NCBI GenBank assembly: GCA_964016885.1
Contig: OZ024760.1
Span: 30,132,001-30,196,000, forward strand
DNA length: 64,000 nt
Direction: 5' to 3'
Source: Eledone cirrhosa
Taxonomy: Eukaryota
The position numbers and the translations under genes are program-made. Positions 12,001-27,400 of the stretch are shown piece by piece. The notes under the pieces are model-generated. The model did no database searches, was not told the origin of the DNA, and was given only the letters and a program-made list of their open reading frames with translations. How positions within the stretch are numbered: position 1 is the first letter of the stretch; the number at the start of each line of letters is the position of its first letter.

Positions 12001-15000
12001 ATGTAATGTAATGTAATGTAATGTAATGTAATGTGTAATGTAATGTAACGTAATGTAATGTAACTTAATGTTTAATGTAATGTAATGTAATGTAATGTGT
12101 AATGTAATGTGTAATGTAATGTAATGTAATGTAATGTAATGTAATGTAATGTAATGTAATGTAATGTAATGTAATCTGTAATGTAGTTTAATGTAATGTA
12201 ATGTGTAAAGTAATGTAATGTAATGTAATGTAATGTAATGTGTAATGTAATGTAATGTAATGTAATGTAATGTAATGTAATGTGTAATGTAATGTAATAT
12301 AATGGAATGTAATGTGTAATGTAATGTAATGTAATGTAATGTAATGTATAATTTAATGTAATGTAATGTAACGTGTAATGTAATGTAATGTACTGTAATG
12401 TAATGTAATGTAATGTAATGTGTAATGTAATGTAAAGTGTAATGTAATGTAATGTAATGTAATGTAATATAATGTAATGTAATGTAATGTAATGTCATGT
12501 AATGTAATGCAATGTAATGTAATTTACTGTAATATGTAATGTAATGTAATGTAATGTAATGTAATGTAATGCAACGTAACGTAATGTAATGTAATGTGTA
12601 ATGTAATGTAATGTAATACAATGTGTAATGTAATGTAATGTGTAATGTGTAATGTAATGCAATGTAATGTAATGTAATGTGTAATGTAATGTAATTTAAT
12701 GTAATGTCTAATGTAATGTAATGTAATGTAATGTAATGTAATGTGTAATGTAATGTAACGTAATGTAATGTAACTTAATGTTTAATGTAATGTAATGTAA
12801 TGTAATGTAATGTAATGTAATGTGTAATGTAATGTAATGTAATGTAATGTAATGTAATGTAATGTAATGTGTAATGTAATGTAATGTAATGTAATGTAAT
12901 GTAATATAATGCAATGTAATATGTAATGTAATTTAATGTAATGTAATGTAATGTGTAATGTAATGTAATGTAATGTAATGTAATGTAATTTAATGTAATG
13001 TCTAATGTAATGTAATGTAATGTAATGTAATGTAATGTAATGTAATGTAATGTAATGTGTAATGTAATGTAATGTAATGTAATGTAATGTAATGTAATGT
13101 AATGTGTAATGTAATGTAATGTAATGTAATGTAACGTAATGTAACGTAATGTAATGTGTAATGTAATGTAATGTAATGTGTAATGTAATGTAATGTAATG
13201 TAATGTGTAATGTGTAATGTCATGTAATGTAATGTAATGTGTAATGTAATGTAATGTAATGTAATGTAATGTAATGTAATGTGTAATGTAATGTAATGTA
13301 ATGTGTAAAGTAATGTAATGTAATGTAATGTAATGTGTAATGTAATGTAATGTAATGTAATGTGTAATGTAATGTAATGTAATGTAATGTAATGTGTAAT
13401 GTAATGTAATGTAATGTAATGTAATGTATGATGTAATGTAATGTAATGTAACGTGTAATGTAATGTAATGTACTGTAATGTAATGTAATGTAATATGTAA
13501 TGTAATGTAAGGTAATGTAATTTAATGTAATGTAATGTAATGTAATTTGTAATGTAATGTAATGTAATGCAATGCAATGCAATGCAATGCAATGCAATGC
13601 AATGAAATGCAATGCAATGCAATGTAATGTAATGTAATGTAATCTAAGGTAATGTGTAATGTAATGTAATGTAATGTAATGTAATGTAATGTGTAATATA
13701 ATGTAATGTAATGTGTAATGTAATGTAATGGAATGTAATGTAATGTGTAATGTAATGTAATGTAATGTAATGTAATGTGTAATGTAATGTAATGTAATAT
13801 AATGTAATGTAATGTAATGTATTGTGTAATGTAATGTGTAATGTAATATAATGTAATTTAATGTAATGTCTAATGTAATGTAATGTAATGTAGTGTAATG
13901 TAATGTAATGTAATGTAATGTAATGTAATGTAATGTAATGTAATGTAATGTAATGTAATGTAATGTGTAATGTAATGTAATGTAATGTAATGTAATGTAA
14001 TGTAATGTAATGTAATGTAATGTAACGTAATGTAATGTGTAATGTAATGTAATGTAATGTAATGTGTAATGTAATGTAATGTGTAATGTACTGTAATGTA
14101 ATGTAATGTGTAATGTGTAATGTAATGTAATGTAATGTAATGTAATGTAATGTAATGTAATGTAATGTAATGTAGTGTGTAATGTAATGTAATGTAACGT
14201 AATGTCATGTAAGGAAATGTAATATTTAATATGTAATGTAATGTAATGTAATGTGAAATGTAATGTAATGTAATGTAATATAATGTAATGTAATGTGTAA
14301 TGTAATGTAATGTGATGTAATGTAATATGTAATGTGATGTAATGTAATGTAATGTAATGTGTAATGAAATGTAATGTAATGTAATGTAATATGTAATGTA
14401 ATGTAATGTAATGTAATGTGTAATGTAATGTAATGTAATGTTATGTAATGTAATGTGTAACGTAATGTAATGTGTAATGTAATGTAATGTAATGTAATGT
14501 GTAATGTAATGTAATGTAACATAATGTGTAATGTAATGTAATGTAATGTAATGTGTAATGTGTAATGTAATTTAATGTAATGTAATGTAATGTAATGTAA
14601 TGTAATGTAATGTAATGTAATGTGTAATGTAATGTAACTTAATGTAATTTAATGTAATTTAATGTAATATAAAGTAATGTGTAATGTGTAATGTAATGTA
14701 ATGTAATGTAATGTAATATGTAATGTAATGTAATGTAATGTAATTTAATGTAATGTCTAATGTAATGTAATGTGTAATGTGTAATGTAATGTAATGTAAT
14801 TTAATGTAATGTCTAATGTAATGTAATGTAGTGTAATGTAATGTAATGTAATGTAATGTAATGTATTGTAATGTAATGTAATGTGTAATGTAATGTAATG
14901 TAATGTAATGTGTAATGTAATGTAATGTACTGTAATGTAATGTAATGTAATGTAATGTAATGTGTAACGTAATGTAATGTAATGTAATATAATGTAATGT

Positions 15001-15880
15001 AATATAATGTAATGTAATGTAATGTAATGTAATGTGTAATGTAATGTAACGTAATGTAATGTAATGTAATGTAATATGTAATGTAATTTAATGTAATGCA
15101 ATGCAATGCAATGCAATGCAATGCAATGCAATGCAATGCAATGTAATGTAATGTAATGTAATGTAATGTAATGTAATGTAATGTAATGTAATGTAATGTA
15201 ATGTAATGTAATGTAATGTAATGTAATGTAATGTAATGTAATGTAATGTAATGTAATGTAATGTAATGTAATGTAATGTAATGTAATGTATTGTAATGTA
15301 ATGTAATGTAATGTAATGTAATGTAATGTAATGTAATGTAATGTAATGTAATGTAATGTAATGTAATGTAATGTAATGTAATGTAATGTAATGTAATGTA
15401 ATGTAATGTAATTTAATGTAATGTCTAATGTAACGTAATGTAATGTAATGTAATGTAATGTAATGTAATGTAATGTAATGTAATGTAATGTGTAATGTAA
15501 TGTAACGTAATGTAATGTAACTTAATGTTTAATGTAATGTAATGTAATGTAATGTGTAATGTAATGTGTAATGTAATGTAATGTAATGTAATGTAATGTA
15601 ATGTAATGTAATGTAATGTAATGTAATGTAATGTAATCTGTAATGTAGTTTAATGTAATGTAATGTGTAAAGTAATGTAATGTAATGTAATGTAATGTAA
15701 TGTGTAATGTAATGTAATGTAATGTAATGTAATGTAATGTAATGTAATGTGTAATGTAATGTAATATAATGGAATGTAATGTGTAATGTAATGTAATGTA
15801 ATGTAATGTAATGTATAATTTAATGTAATGTAATGTAACGTGTAATGTAATGTAATGTACTGTAATGTAATGTAATGTAA
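9050..15880 (+). repeat. Higher-order tandem duplication, ~3.35-3.45 kb unit, 2 copies
   Basis: Landmark pairs: GTCATGTAATGTAATGC 9150/12494, AATTTACTG 9177/12521, AATACAATG 9266/12615, AATCTAAGG 10259/13641, GTCATGTAAGGAAA 10807/14204, AATCTGTAATGTAGTTT 12173/15635. Confidence 0.92.
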
Positions 15881-16039
15881 TGTAATGTAATATGTAATGT
15901 AATGTAATGTAATGTAATTTAATGTAATGTCTAATGTAAAGTAATGTAATGTAATGTAATGTAATGTAATGTAATGTAATGTAATGTAGTATGTAATGTA
16001 ATGTAATGTAATGTAATGTAATGTGTAATGTAATGTAAT

Positions 16040-18450
16040 GTAATGTAATGTAATGTAATGCAATGTAATGTAATGTAATGTAATATGTAATGTAATGTAA
16101 TGTAATGTAATTTAATGTAATGTCTAATGTAATGTAATGTAATGTAATGTAATGTAATGTAATGTAATGTAATGTAATGTAATGTGTAATGTAATGTAAT
16201 GTAATGTAATGTAATGTAATGTAATGTAATGTAATGTGTAATGTAATGTAATGTAATGTGTAATGTAATGTAACGTAACGTAATGTAATGTAATGTAATG
16301 TAATGTAATGTAATGTAATGTGTAATGTAATGTAATGTAATGTAATGTAATGTGTAATGTAATGTAATGTAATATAATGTAATGTGTAATGTAATGTAAT
16401 GTAATGTATAATGTAATGTAATGTAATGTAATGTGTAATGTAATGTAATGTAATGTAATGTAATGTGTAATGTAATGTAATGTAATGTAATGTAATGTGT
16501 AATGTAACGTAATGTAATGTAATGTGTAATGTGTAATGTAATGTAATGTAATGTAATGTAATGTGTAATGTAATGTAATGTAATGTAATGTAATGTAATA
16601 TAATGTAATGTAATGTGTAATGCAATGTAACGTAATGTAATGTAATGTGTAATGTAATGTAATGTAACGTAATGTAATATATTGTGTAATGTGATGTAAT
16701 GTAATGTAATGTAGTATGTAATGTAATGTAATGCAATGTAATATGTAATGTAATGTAATGTAATGTAATGTAATGTAATGTAATGTAATATGTGATGTAA
16801 TGTAATGTGTAATGTAATGTAATGTAATGTAATGTAATGTAACGTGTAATGTAATATAATGTGTAATGTAATGTAATGTAATGTAATGTAATGTAATGTG
16901 TAATGTAATGTAAGTCAATGCAATGCAATGCAATGCAATGAAATTCAATGCAATGCAATGTAATGTAATGTAATGTAATGTAATGTAATGTAATGTAATG
17001 TAATGTAATGTAATGTAATGTAATGTGTAATGTAATGTAAAGTATAATGTAATGTAATGTAATGTAATGTAATGTAATGTAATGTAATGTAATGTAATGC
17101 AATGTAATGTAATTTACTGTAATATGTAATGTAATGTAATGTAATGTAATGTAATGTAATGTAACGTAACGTAATGTAATGTAATGTGTAATGTAATGTA
17201 ATGTAATGCAATGTGTAATGTAATGTAATGTGTAATGTGTAATGTAATGTAATGTAATGTAATGTAATGTAATGTGTAATGTAATGTAATGTAATGTAAT
17301 GTAATGCAATGTAATGTAATGTAATGTAATATGTAATGTAATGTAATGTAATGTAATTTAATGTAATGTCTAATGTAATGTAATGTAATGTAATGTAATG
17401 TAATGTAATGTAATGTAATGTGTAATGTAATGTAATGTAATGTAATGTAATGTAATGTAATGTAATGTAATGTGTAATGTAATGTAATGTAATGTGTAAT
17501 GTAATGTAACGTAATGTAATGTAATGTAATGTAATGTAATGTAATGTAATGTCTAATGTAATGTAATGTAATGTAATGTAATGTGTAATGTAATGTAATG
17601 TAATATAATGTAATGTGTAATGTAATGTAATGTAATGTATAATGTAATGTAATGTAATGTAATGTGTAATGTAATGTAATGTAATGTAATGTAATGTGTA
17701 ATGTAATGTAATGTAATGTAATGTAATGTGTAATGTAACGTAATGTAATGTAATGTGTAATGTGTAATGTAATGTAATGTAATGTAATGTAATGTGTAAT
17801 GTAATGTAATGTAATGTAATGTAATGTAATATAATGTAATGTAATGTGTAATGCAATGTAACGTAATGTAATGTAATGTGTAATGTAATGTAATGTAATG
17901 TAATGTAATATATTGTGTAATGTGATGTAATGTAATGTAATGTAGTATGTAATGTAATGTAATGCAATGTAGTATGTAATGTAATGTAATGTAATGTAAT
18001 GTAATGTAATGTAATATGTGATGTAATGTAATGTGTAATGTAATGTAATGTAATGTAATGTAATGTAATGTAACGTGTAATGTAATATAATGTGTAATGT
18101 AATGTAATGTAGTGTAATGTAATGTAATGTGTAATGTAATGTAAGTCAATGCAATGCAATGCAATGCAATGAAATTCAATGCAATGCAATGTAATGTAAT
18201 GTAATGTAATGTAATGTAATGTAATGTAATGTAATGTAATGTGTAATGTAATGTAAAGTATAATGTAATGTAATGTAATGTAATGTAATGTAGTGTAATG
18301 TAATGTAATGCAATGTAATGTAATTTACTGTAATATGTAATGTAATGTAATGTAATGTAATGTAATGTAATGTAACGTAACGTAATGTAATGTAATGTGT
18401 AATGTAATGTAATGTAATGCAATGTGTAATGTAATGTAATGTGTAATGTG
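16040..18450 (+). repeat. Tandem duplication, ~1.23 kb unit, 2 copies
   Basis: AATATATTGTG 16676/17907, GTAGTATG 16711/17942 and AAGTCAATGC 16912/18143 are each 1231 bp apart; AATTTACTG 17111/18322 is 1211 bp apart. Confidence 0.9.
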
Positions 18451-21400
18451 TAATGTAATGTAATGTAATGTAATGTAATGTAATGTGTAATGTAATGTAA
18501 TTTAATGTAATGTCTAATGTAATGTAATGTAATGTAATGTAATGTAATGTGTAATGTAATGTAACGTAATGTAATGTAACTTAATGTTTAATGTAATGTA
18601 ATGTAATGTAATGTAATGTAATGTAATGTAATGTAATGTAATGTGTAATGTAATGTAATGTAATGTAATGTAATATAATGCAATGTAATATGTAATGTAA
18701 ATTAATGTAATGTAATATAATGTAATGTGTAATGTAATGTGTAATGTAATGTAATGTAATTTAATGTAATGTCTAATGTAATGTAATGTAATGTAATGTA
18801 ATGTAATGTCATGTAATGTAATGTGTAATGTAATGTAATGTAATGTAATGTAATGTAATGTAATGTAATGTGTAATGTAATGTAATGTAATGTAATGTAA
18901 TGTAACGTAATGTAACATAATGTAATGTGTAATGTATTGTAATGTAATGTAATGTGTAATGTAATGTAATGTGTAATGTAATGTAATGTAATGTGTAATG
19001 TGTAATGTAATGTAATGTAATGTAATGTAATGTAATGTAATGTGTAATGTAATGTAATGTAATGTGTAAAGTAATGTAATGTAATGTAATGTAATGTAAT
19101 GTGTAATGTAATGTAATGTAATGTAATGTGTAATGTAATGTAATGTAATGTAATGTAATGTGTAATGTAATGTAATGTAATGTAATGTAATGTAATGTAA
19201 TGTATGATGTAATGTAATGTAATGTAACGTGTAATGTAATGTAATGTACTGTAATGTAATGTAATGTAATATGTAATGTAATGTAAGGAAATGTAATTTA
19301 ATGTAATGTAATGTAATGTAATGTGTAATGTAATGTAATGTAATGCAATGCAATGCAATTCAATGCAATGCAATGCAATGAAATGCAATGAAATGCAATG
19401 TAATGTAATGTAATGTAATGTAAACTAAGGTAATGTGTAATGTAATGTAATGTAATGTAATGTAATGTAATGTGTAATGTAATGTAATGTAATGTAATGT
19501 AATGTAATGTAATGTAATGTAATGTAATGTAATGTAATGTAATGTAATGTGTAATGTAATGTAATGTAATGTGTAATGTAATGTAATGTAATGTAATGTA
19601 ATGTAATGTGTAATTTAATGTGATGTAATGTAATGTAATGTAATGTGTAATGTGTAATGTAATGTAATGTAATGTAATTTAATGTAATGTCTAATGTAAT
19701 GTAATGTAGTGTAATGTAATGTAATGTAATGTAATATGTAATGTAATGTAATGTAATGTAATGTAATGTAATGTAATGTAATGTAATGTAATGTGTAATG
19801 TAATGTAATGTACTGTAATGTAACGTAATGTAATGTAATGTAATATAATGTAATGTAATATAATGTAATGTAATGTAATGTAATGTAATGTGTAATGTAA
19901 TGTAACGTAATGTAATGTAATGCAATGTAATATGTAATGTAATTTAATGTAATGCAATGTAATGTAATGTAATGTAATCTAATGTAATGTAATGTAATGT
20001 AATGTGTAATGTAATGTAATGTAATGTAATTTAATGTAATGTCTAATGCAATGTAATGTAGTGTAATGTAATGTAATGTAAGGTAATATGTAATGTAATG
20101 TAATGTAATGTAATGTAATGTAATGTATTGTAATGTAATGTGTAATGTAATGTAATGTAATGTAATGTGTAATGTAATGTAATGTACTGTAATGTAATGT
20201 AATGTAATGTAATGTGTAACGTAATGTAATGTAATGTAATATAATGTAATGTAATATAATGTAATGTAATGTAATGTGATGTAATGTGTAATGTAATGTA
20301 ACGTAATGTAATGTAATGTAATGTAATATGTAATGTAATTTAATGTAATGCAATGCAATGTAATGTAATGTAATGTAATGTAATGTAATGTAATGTAATG
20401 TAATGTAATGTAATGTAATGTAATGTAATGTAATGTGTAATGTAATGTAATTTAATGTAATGTCTAATGTAACGTAATGTAATGTAATGTAATGTAATGT
20501 AATGTAATGTGTAATGTAATGTAACGTAATGTAATGTAACTTAATGTTTAATGTAATGTAATGTAATGTAATGTGTAATGTAATGTGTAATGTAATGTAA
20601 TGTAATGTAATGTAATGTAATGTAATGTAATGTAATGTAATGTAATCTGTAATGTAGTTTAATGTAATGTAATGTGTAAAGTAATGTAATGTAATGTAAT
20701 GTAATGTAATGTGTAATGTAATGTAATGTAATGTAATGTAATGTAATGTAATGTAATGTGTAATGTAATGTAATATAATGGAATGTAATGTGTAATGTAA
20801 TGTAATGTAATGTAATGTATAATGTAATGTAATGTAATGTAACGTGTAATGTAATGTAATGTACTGTAATGTAATGTAATGTAATATGTAATGTAATGTA
20901 ATGTAATGTAATTTAATATAATGTCTAATGTAAAGTAATGTAATGTAATGTAATGTAATGTAATGTAATGTAATGTAATGTAATGTAATGTAGTATGTAA
21001 TGTAATGTAATGTAATGTAATGTGTAATGTAATGTAATGTAATGTAATGTAATGTAATGCAATGTAATGTAATGTAATGTAATGTAATATGTAATGTAAT
21101 GTAATGTAATGTAATTTAATGTAATGTCTAATGTAATGTAATGTAATGTAATGTAATGTAATGTAATGTAATGTAATGTGTAATGTAATGTAATGTAATG
21201 TAATGTAATGTAATGTAATGTAATGTAATGTAATGTAATGTGTAATGTAATGTAATGTGTAATGTAATGTAACGTAATGTAATGTAATGTAATGTAATGT
21301 AATGTAATGTAATGTGTAATGTAATGTAATGTAATGTAATGTAATGTGTAATGTAATGTAATGTAATGTAATGTAATGTAATGTAATGTAACGTGTAATG

Positions 21401-24400
21401 TAATATAATGTGTAATGTAATGTAATGTAATGTAATGTAATGTGTAATGTAATGTAAGTCAATGCAATGCAATGCAATGCAATGAAATTCAATGCAATGC
21501 AATGCAATGTAATGTAATGTAATGTAATGTAATGTAATGTAATGTAATGTAATGTAATGTAATGTGTAATGTAATGTAAAGTATAATGTAATGTAATGTA
21601 ATGTAATGTAATGTAATGTAATGTAGTGTAATGTAATGTAATGCAATGTAATGTAATTTACTGTAATATGTAATGTAATGTAATGTAATGTAATGTAATG
21701 TAATGTAACGTAACGTAATGTAATGTAATGTGTAATGTAATGTAATGTAATGCAATGTGTAATGTAATGTAATGTGTAATGTGTAATGTAATGTAATGTA
21801 ATGTAATGTAATGTAATGTGTAATGTAATGTAATTTAATGTAATGTCTAATGTAATGTAATGTAATGTAATGTAATGTGTAATGTAATGTAACGTAATGT
21901 AATGTAACTTAATGTTTAATGTAATGTAATGTAATGTAATGTAATGTAATGTAATGTAATGTAATGTAATGTGTAATGTAATGTAATGTAATGTAATGTA
22001 ATGTAATATAATGCAATGTAATATGTAATGTAAATTAATGTAATGTAATATAATGTAATGTGTAATGTAATGTGTAATGTAATGTAATGTAATTTAATGT
22101 AATGTCTAATGTAATGTAATGTAATGTAATGTAATGTAATGTCATGTAATGTAATGTGTAATGTAATGTAATGTAATGTAATGTAATGTAATGTAATGTG
22201 TAATGTAATGTAATGTAATGTAATGTAATGTAACGTAATGTAACATAATGTAATGTGTAATGTATTGTAATGTAATGTAATGTGTAATGTAATGTAATGT
22301 GTAATGTAATGTAATGTAATGTGTAATGTGTAATGTAATGTAATGTAATGTAATGTAATGTAATGTAATGTGTAATGTAATGTAATGTAATGTGTAAAGT
22401 AATGTAATGTAATGTAATGTAATGTAATGTGTAATGTAATGTAATGTAATGTAATGTGTAATGTAATGTAATGTAATGTAATGCAATGTGTAATGTAATG
22501 TAATGTAATGTAATGTAATGTATGATGTAATGTAATGTAATGTAACGTGTAATGTAATGTAATGTACTGTAATGTAATGTAATGTAATATGTAATGTAAT
22601 GTAAGGTAATGTAATTTAATGTAATGTAATGTAATGTAATGTGTAATGTAATGTAATGTAATGCAATGCAATGCAATCCAATGCAATGCAATGCAATGAA
22701 ATGCAATGTAATGTAATGTAATGTAATGTAATGTAATGTAAACTAAGGTAATGTGTAATGTAATGTAATGTAATGTAATGTAATGTAATGTGTAATGTAA
22801 TGTAATGTAATGTAATGTAATGTAATGTAATGTAATGTAATGTAATGTAATGTAATGTAATGTGTAATGTAATGTAATGTAATGTGTAATGTAATGTAAT
22901 GTAATGTAATGTAATGTGTAATTTAATGTGATGTAATGTAATGTAATGTAATGTGTAATGTGTAATGTAATGTAATGTAATGTAATTTAATGTAATGTCT
23001 AATGTAATGTAATGTAGTGTAATGTAATGTAATGTAATGTAATATGTAATGTAATGTAATGTAATGTAATGTAATGTAATGTAATGTAATGTAATGTAAT
23101 GTGTAATGTAATGTAATGTACTGTAATGTAACGTAATGTAATGTAATGTAATATAATGTAATGTAATATAATGTAATGTAATGTAATGTAATGTAATGTG
23201 TAATGTAATGTAACGTAATGTAATGTAATGCAATGTAATATGTAATGTAATTTAATGTAATGCAATGTAATGTAATGTAATGTAATCTAATGTAATGTAA
23301 TGTAATGTAATGTGTAATGTAATGTAATGTAATGTAATTTAATGTAATGTCTAATGTAATGTAATGTAGTGTAATGTAATGTAATGTAAGGTAATATGTA
23401 ATGTAATGTAATGTAATGTAATGTAATGTAATGTATTGTAATGTAATGTGTAATGTAATGTAATGTAATGTAATGTAATGTAATGTAATGTGTAATGTAA
23501 TGTAATGTACTGTAATGTAATGTAATGTAATGTAATGTAATGTAATGTAATGTGTAACGTAATGTAATGTAATGTAATATAATGTAATGTAATATAATGT
23601 AATGTAATGTAATGTAATGTAATGTGTAATGTAATGTAACGTAATGTAATGTAATGTAATGTAATATGTAATGTAATTTAATGTAATGCAATGCAATGCA
23701 ATGCAATGCAATGCAATGCAATGTAATGTAATGTAATGTAATGTAATGTAATGTAATGTAATGTAATGTAATGTAATGTAATGTAATGTAATGTAATGTA
23801 ATGTAATGTAATGTGTAATGTAATGTAATTTAATGTAATGTCTAATGTAACGTAATGTAATGTAATGTAATGTAATGTAATGTAATGTGTAATGTAATGT
23901 AACGTAATGTAATGTAACTTAATGTTTAATGTAATGTAATGTAATGTAATGTGTAATGTAATGTGTAATGTAATGTAATGTAATGTAATGTAATGTAATG
24001 TAATGTAATGTAATGTAATGTAATCTGTAATGTAGTTTAATGTAATGTAATGTGTAAAGTAATGTAATGTAATGTAATGTAATGTAATGTGTAATGTAAT
24101 GTAATGTAATGTAATGTAATGTAATGTAATGTAATGTGTAATGTAATGTACTGTAATGTAATGTAATGTAATGTAACGTGTAATGTAATATAATGTGTAA
24201 TGTAATGTAATGTAATGTAATGTAATGTGTAATGTAATGTAAGTCAATGCAATGCAATGCAATGCAATGAAATTCAATGCAATGCAATGCAATGTAATGT
24301 AATGTAATGTAATGTAATGTAATGTAATGTAATGTAATGTAATGTAATGTGTAATGTAATGTAAAGTATAATGTAATGTAATGTAATGTAATGTAATGTA

Positions 24401-27400
24401 GTGTAATGTAATGTAATGCAATGTAATGTAATTTACTGTAATATGTAATGTAATGTAATGTAATGTAATGTAATGTAATGTAACGTAACGTAATGTAATG
24501 TAATGTGTAATGTAATGTAATGTAATGCAATGTGTAATGTAATGTAATGTGTAATGTGTAATGTAATGTAATGTAATGTAATGTAATGTAATGTGTAATG
24601 TAATGTAATTTAATGTAATGTCTAATGTAATGTAATGTAATGTAATGTAATGTAATGTGTAATGTAATGTAACGTAATGTAATGTAACTTAATGTTTAAT
24701 GTAATGTAATGTAATGTAATGTAATGTAATGTAATGTAATGTAATGTAATGTAATGTAATGTGTAATGTAATGTAATGTAATGTAATGTAATGTAATATA
24801 ATGCAATGTAATATGTAATGTAAATTAATGTAATGTAATATAATGTAATGTGTAATGTAATGTGTAATGTAATGTAATGTAATTTAATGTAATGTCTAAT
24901 GTAATGTAATGTAATGTAATGTAATGTAATGTCATGTAATGTAATGTGTAATGTAATGTAATGTAATGTAATGTAATGTAATGTAATGTAATGTAATGTG
25001 TAATGTAATGTAATGTAATGTAATGTAATGTAACGTAATGTAACATAATGTAATGTGTAATGTATTGTAATGTAATGTAATGTGTAATGTAATGTAATGT
25101 GTAATGTAATGTAATGTAATGTGTAATGTGTAATGTAATGTAATGTAATGTAATGTAATGTAATGTAATGTGTAATGTAATGTAATGTAATGTGTAAAGT
25201 AATGTAATGTAATGTAATGTAATGTAATGTGTAATGTAATGTAATGTAATGTAATGTGTAATGTAATGTAATCTAATGTAATGTGTAATGTAATGTAATG
25301 TAATGTAATGTAATGTATGATGTAATGTAATGTAATGTAACGTGTAATGTAATGTAATGTACTGTAATGTAATGTAATGTAATATGTAATGTAATGTAAG
25401 GTAATGTAATTTAATGTAATGCAATGCAATGCAATTCAATGCAATGCAATGCAATGAAATGCAATGTAATGTAATGTAATGTAATGTAAACTAAGGTAAT
25501 GTGTAATGTAATGTAATGTAATGTAATGTAATGTAATGTGTAATGTAATGTAATGTAATGTAATGTAATGTAATGTAATGTAATGTAATGTAATGTAATG
25601 TAATGTGTAATGTAATGTAATGTAATGTGTAATGTAATGTAATGTAATGTAATGTAATGTGTAATTTAATGTGATGTAATGTAATGTAATGTAATGTGTA
25701 ATGTGTAATGTAATGTAATGTAATGTAATTTAATGTAATGTCTAATGTAATGTAATGTAGTGTAATGTAATGTAATGTAATGTAATATGTAATGTAATGT
25801 AATGTAATGTAATGTAATGTAATGTAATGTAATGTAATGTAATGTAATGTAATGTGTAATGTAATGTAATGTACTGTAATGTAACGTAATGTAATGTAAT
25901 GTAATATAATGTAATGTAATATAATGTAATGTAATGTAATGTAATGTAATGTGTAATGTAATGTAACGTAATGTAATGTAATGCAATGTAATATGTAATG
26001 TAATTTAATGTAATGCAATGTAATGTAATGTAATGTAATCTAATGTAATGTAATGTAATGTAATGTGTAATGTAATGTAATGTAATGTAATTTAATGTAA
26101 TGTCTAATGTAATGTAATGTAGTGTAATGTAATGTAATGTAAGGTAATATGTAATGTAATGTAATGTAATGTAATGTAATGTAATGTATTGTAATGTAAT
26201 GTGTAATGTAATGTAATGTAATGTAATGTGTAATGTAATGTAATGTACTGTAATGTAATGTAATGTAATGTAATGTAATGTAATGTGTAACGTAATGTAA
26301 TGTAATGTGATATAATGTAATGTAATATAATGTAATGTAATGTAATGTAATGTAATGTAATGTGTAATGTAATGTAACGTAATGTAATGTAATGTAATGT
26401 AATATGTAATGTAATTTAATGTAATGCAATGTAATGTAATGTAATGTAATGTAATGTAATGTAATGTAATGTAATGTAATGTAATGTAATGTAATGTAAT
26501 GTAATGTAATGTAATGTAATGTAATGTAATGTAATGTAATGTAATGTAATGTGTAATGTAATGTAATTTAATGTAATGTCTAATGTAACGTAATGTAATG
26601 TAATGTAATGTAATGTAATGTAATGTGTAATGTAATGTAACGTAATGTAATGTAACTTAATGTTTAATGTAATGTAATGTAATGTAATGTGTAATGTAAT
26701 GTGTAATGTAATGTAATGTAATGTAATGTAATGTAATGTAATGTAATGTAATGTAATGTAATGTAATCTGTAATGTAGTTTAATGTAATGTAATGTGTAA
26801 AGTAATGTAATGTAATGTAATGTAATGTAATGTGTAATGTAATGTAATGTAATGTAATGTAATGTAATGTAATGTAATGTGTAATGTAATGTAATATAAT
26901 GGAATGTAATGTGTAATGTAATGTAATGTAATGTAATGTAATGTATAATGTAATGTAATGTAATGTAACGTGTAATGTAATGTAATGTACTGTAATGTAA
27001 TGTAATGTAATGTAATATGTAATGTAATGTAATGTAATGTAATTTAATATAATGTCTAATGTAAAGTAATGTAATGTAATGTAATGTAATGTAATGTAAT
27101 GTAATGTAATGTAATGTAGTATGTAATGTAATGTAATGTAATGTAATGTGTAATGTAATGTAATGTAATGTAATGTAATGTAATGCAATGTAATGTAATG
27201 TAATGTAATGTAATATGTAATGCAATGTAATGTAATGTAATTTAATGTAATGTCTAATGTAATGTAATGTAATGTAATGTAATGTAATGTAATGTAATGT
27301 AATGTGTAATGTAATGTAATGTAATGTAATGTAATGTAATGTAATGTAATGTGTAATGTAATGTAATGTGTAATGTAATGTAACGTAATGTAATGTAATG

